Assembly (NCBI GenBank): GCA_963662715.1
Contig: OY759724.1
Span: forward strand, 1,530,001-1,562,000
Direction: 5' to 3'
Origin: Candidatus Omnitrophota bacterium
GTDB taxonomy: Bacteria; Omnitrophota; Gorgyraeia; Zapsychrales; JANLHA01
DNA: 32,000 bases
The notes beneath the pieces are model-generated. The model had not been told where the DNA came from. It saw only the letters and a list, made by a program, of their open reading frames with translations, and did not search any database. The translations under genes were made by a program, and so were the position numbers. How positions within the stretch are numbered: the first letter of the stretch is position 1; each line of letters starts with the position of its first letter. Shown piece by piece: positions 31,585-32,000 of this stretch.

Positions 31585-32000
31585 ATGTGCAAAGCCCGGG
31601 TATTTATTGTTGGAAATGGCAAGCTTGCGAAAGAGCTCCTTGAGAATCTCTCCGGAGAAAATATTTCCGGAGTCGTTCAGTGGAATAATGGCCGTTCCTC
31701 ATCACTGGAAAGAAGTGTCGTTGTTCATGCGGGTTCGGGGCGGGAATGGAAAGATGTGCTGGATTACTGCGCTGAGACAAAGTCAATATTGTTTGAACTC
31801 TCTACGGCAGGGTCTCCCCTGCCGGATTCGGTCGGTTTTCCTGTCGTTGTCTGTCCGAATGTGAATATCCTGATGCTTCAATTCATGGCCATGATAAAAC
31901 AGGCAGCCCCTTTATTTTGCGGTTACAGGATTGAGATAGCAGAATCTCACCAATCTTCAAAAAAGTCAAAACCGGGCACGGCTGTTTATCTGGCGGAAAC
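31585..32000 (+). CDS. DapB (dihydrodipicolinate reductase)-family oxidoreductase, 3' end outside window
   Basis: Open to the window end, so absent from the ORF track. N-terminal RVFIVGNGKLAKEL (Rossmann-like) and EIAESHQSSKKSKPGTAVYLAE, which resembles the DapB signature E-x-H-H-x-x-K-x-D-x-P-S-G-T-A. Confidence 0.5.
   Translation, partial: MCKARVFIVGNGKLAKELLENLSGENISGVVQWNNGRSSSLERSVVVHAGSGREWKDVLDYCAETKSILFELSTAGSPLPDSVGFPVVVCPNVNILMLQFMAMIKQAAPLFCGYRIEIAESHQSSKKSKPGTAVYLAE

Overview
The window looks like chromosomal DNA from an anaerobic bacterium, with three blocks. All calls come from reading the sequence and ORF track by eye; no database search was possible.
(1) 1-10.7 kb holds an [FeFe]-hydrogenase locus. 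It starts with a NikR-family regulator and a CheY-like receiver. The structural genes follow: NuoE-like, NuoF-like and HydA subunits. After a promoter, leader and terminator element comes a maturation operon: TM1266-like ACT protein, aspartate ammonia-lyase homologue, HydF and HydG. No HydE is present in the window. The HydA H-cluster motif reads TSCSPGW instead of TSCCPxW, and the NuoF-like subunit is core-only.
(2) 10.8-17.0 kb holds a TetR-regulated tripartite RND efflux operon (TolC-like, short adaptor, AcrB-like) and a STAS protein.
(3) 17.0-32 kb is the accessory part, a complete integron. An integron-integrase gene sits on the minus strand and carries an unusual extra N-terminal domain of about 93 aa. 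Next comes an AT-rich attI-proximal region. The plus-strand cassette array has at least 13 attC-like imperfect palindromes (RYYYAAC ... GTTRRRY) bounding mostly single-gene cassettes.
Recognisable cassette products are a GNAT acetyltransferase, a PNPOx-like protein, a T4 endoV-like pyrimidine-dimer glycosylase, an aldo/keto reductase and a CsaA-like tRNA-binding protein. The rest are small secreted, lipoprotein, zinc-ribbon/transmembrane, receiver-like and unknown proteins.
An IS3-family element (orfA/orfB with a GGGAAAC -1 frameshift site) has inserted into the ORF nearest intI. Several cassettes look decayed.
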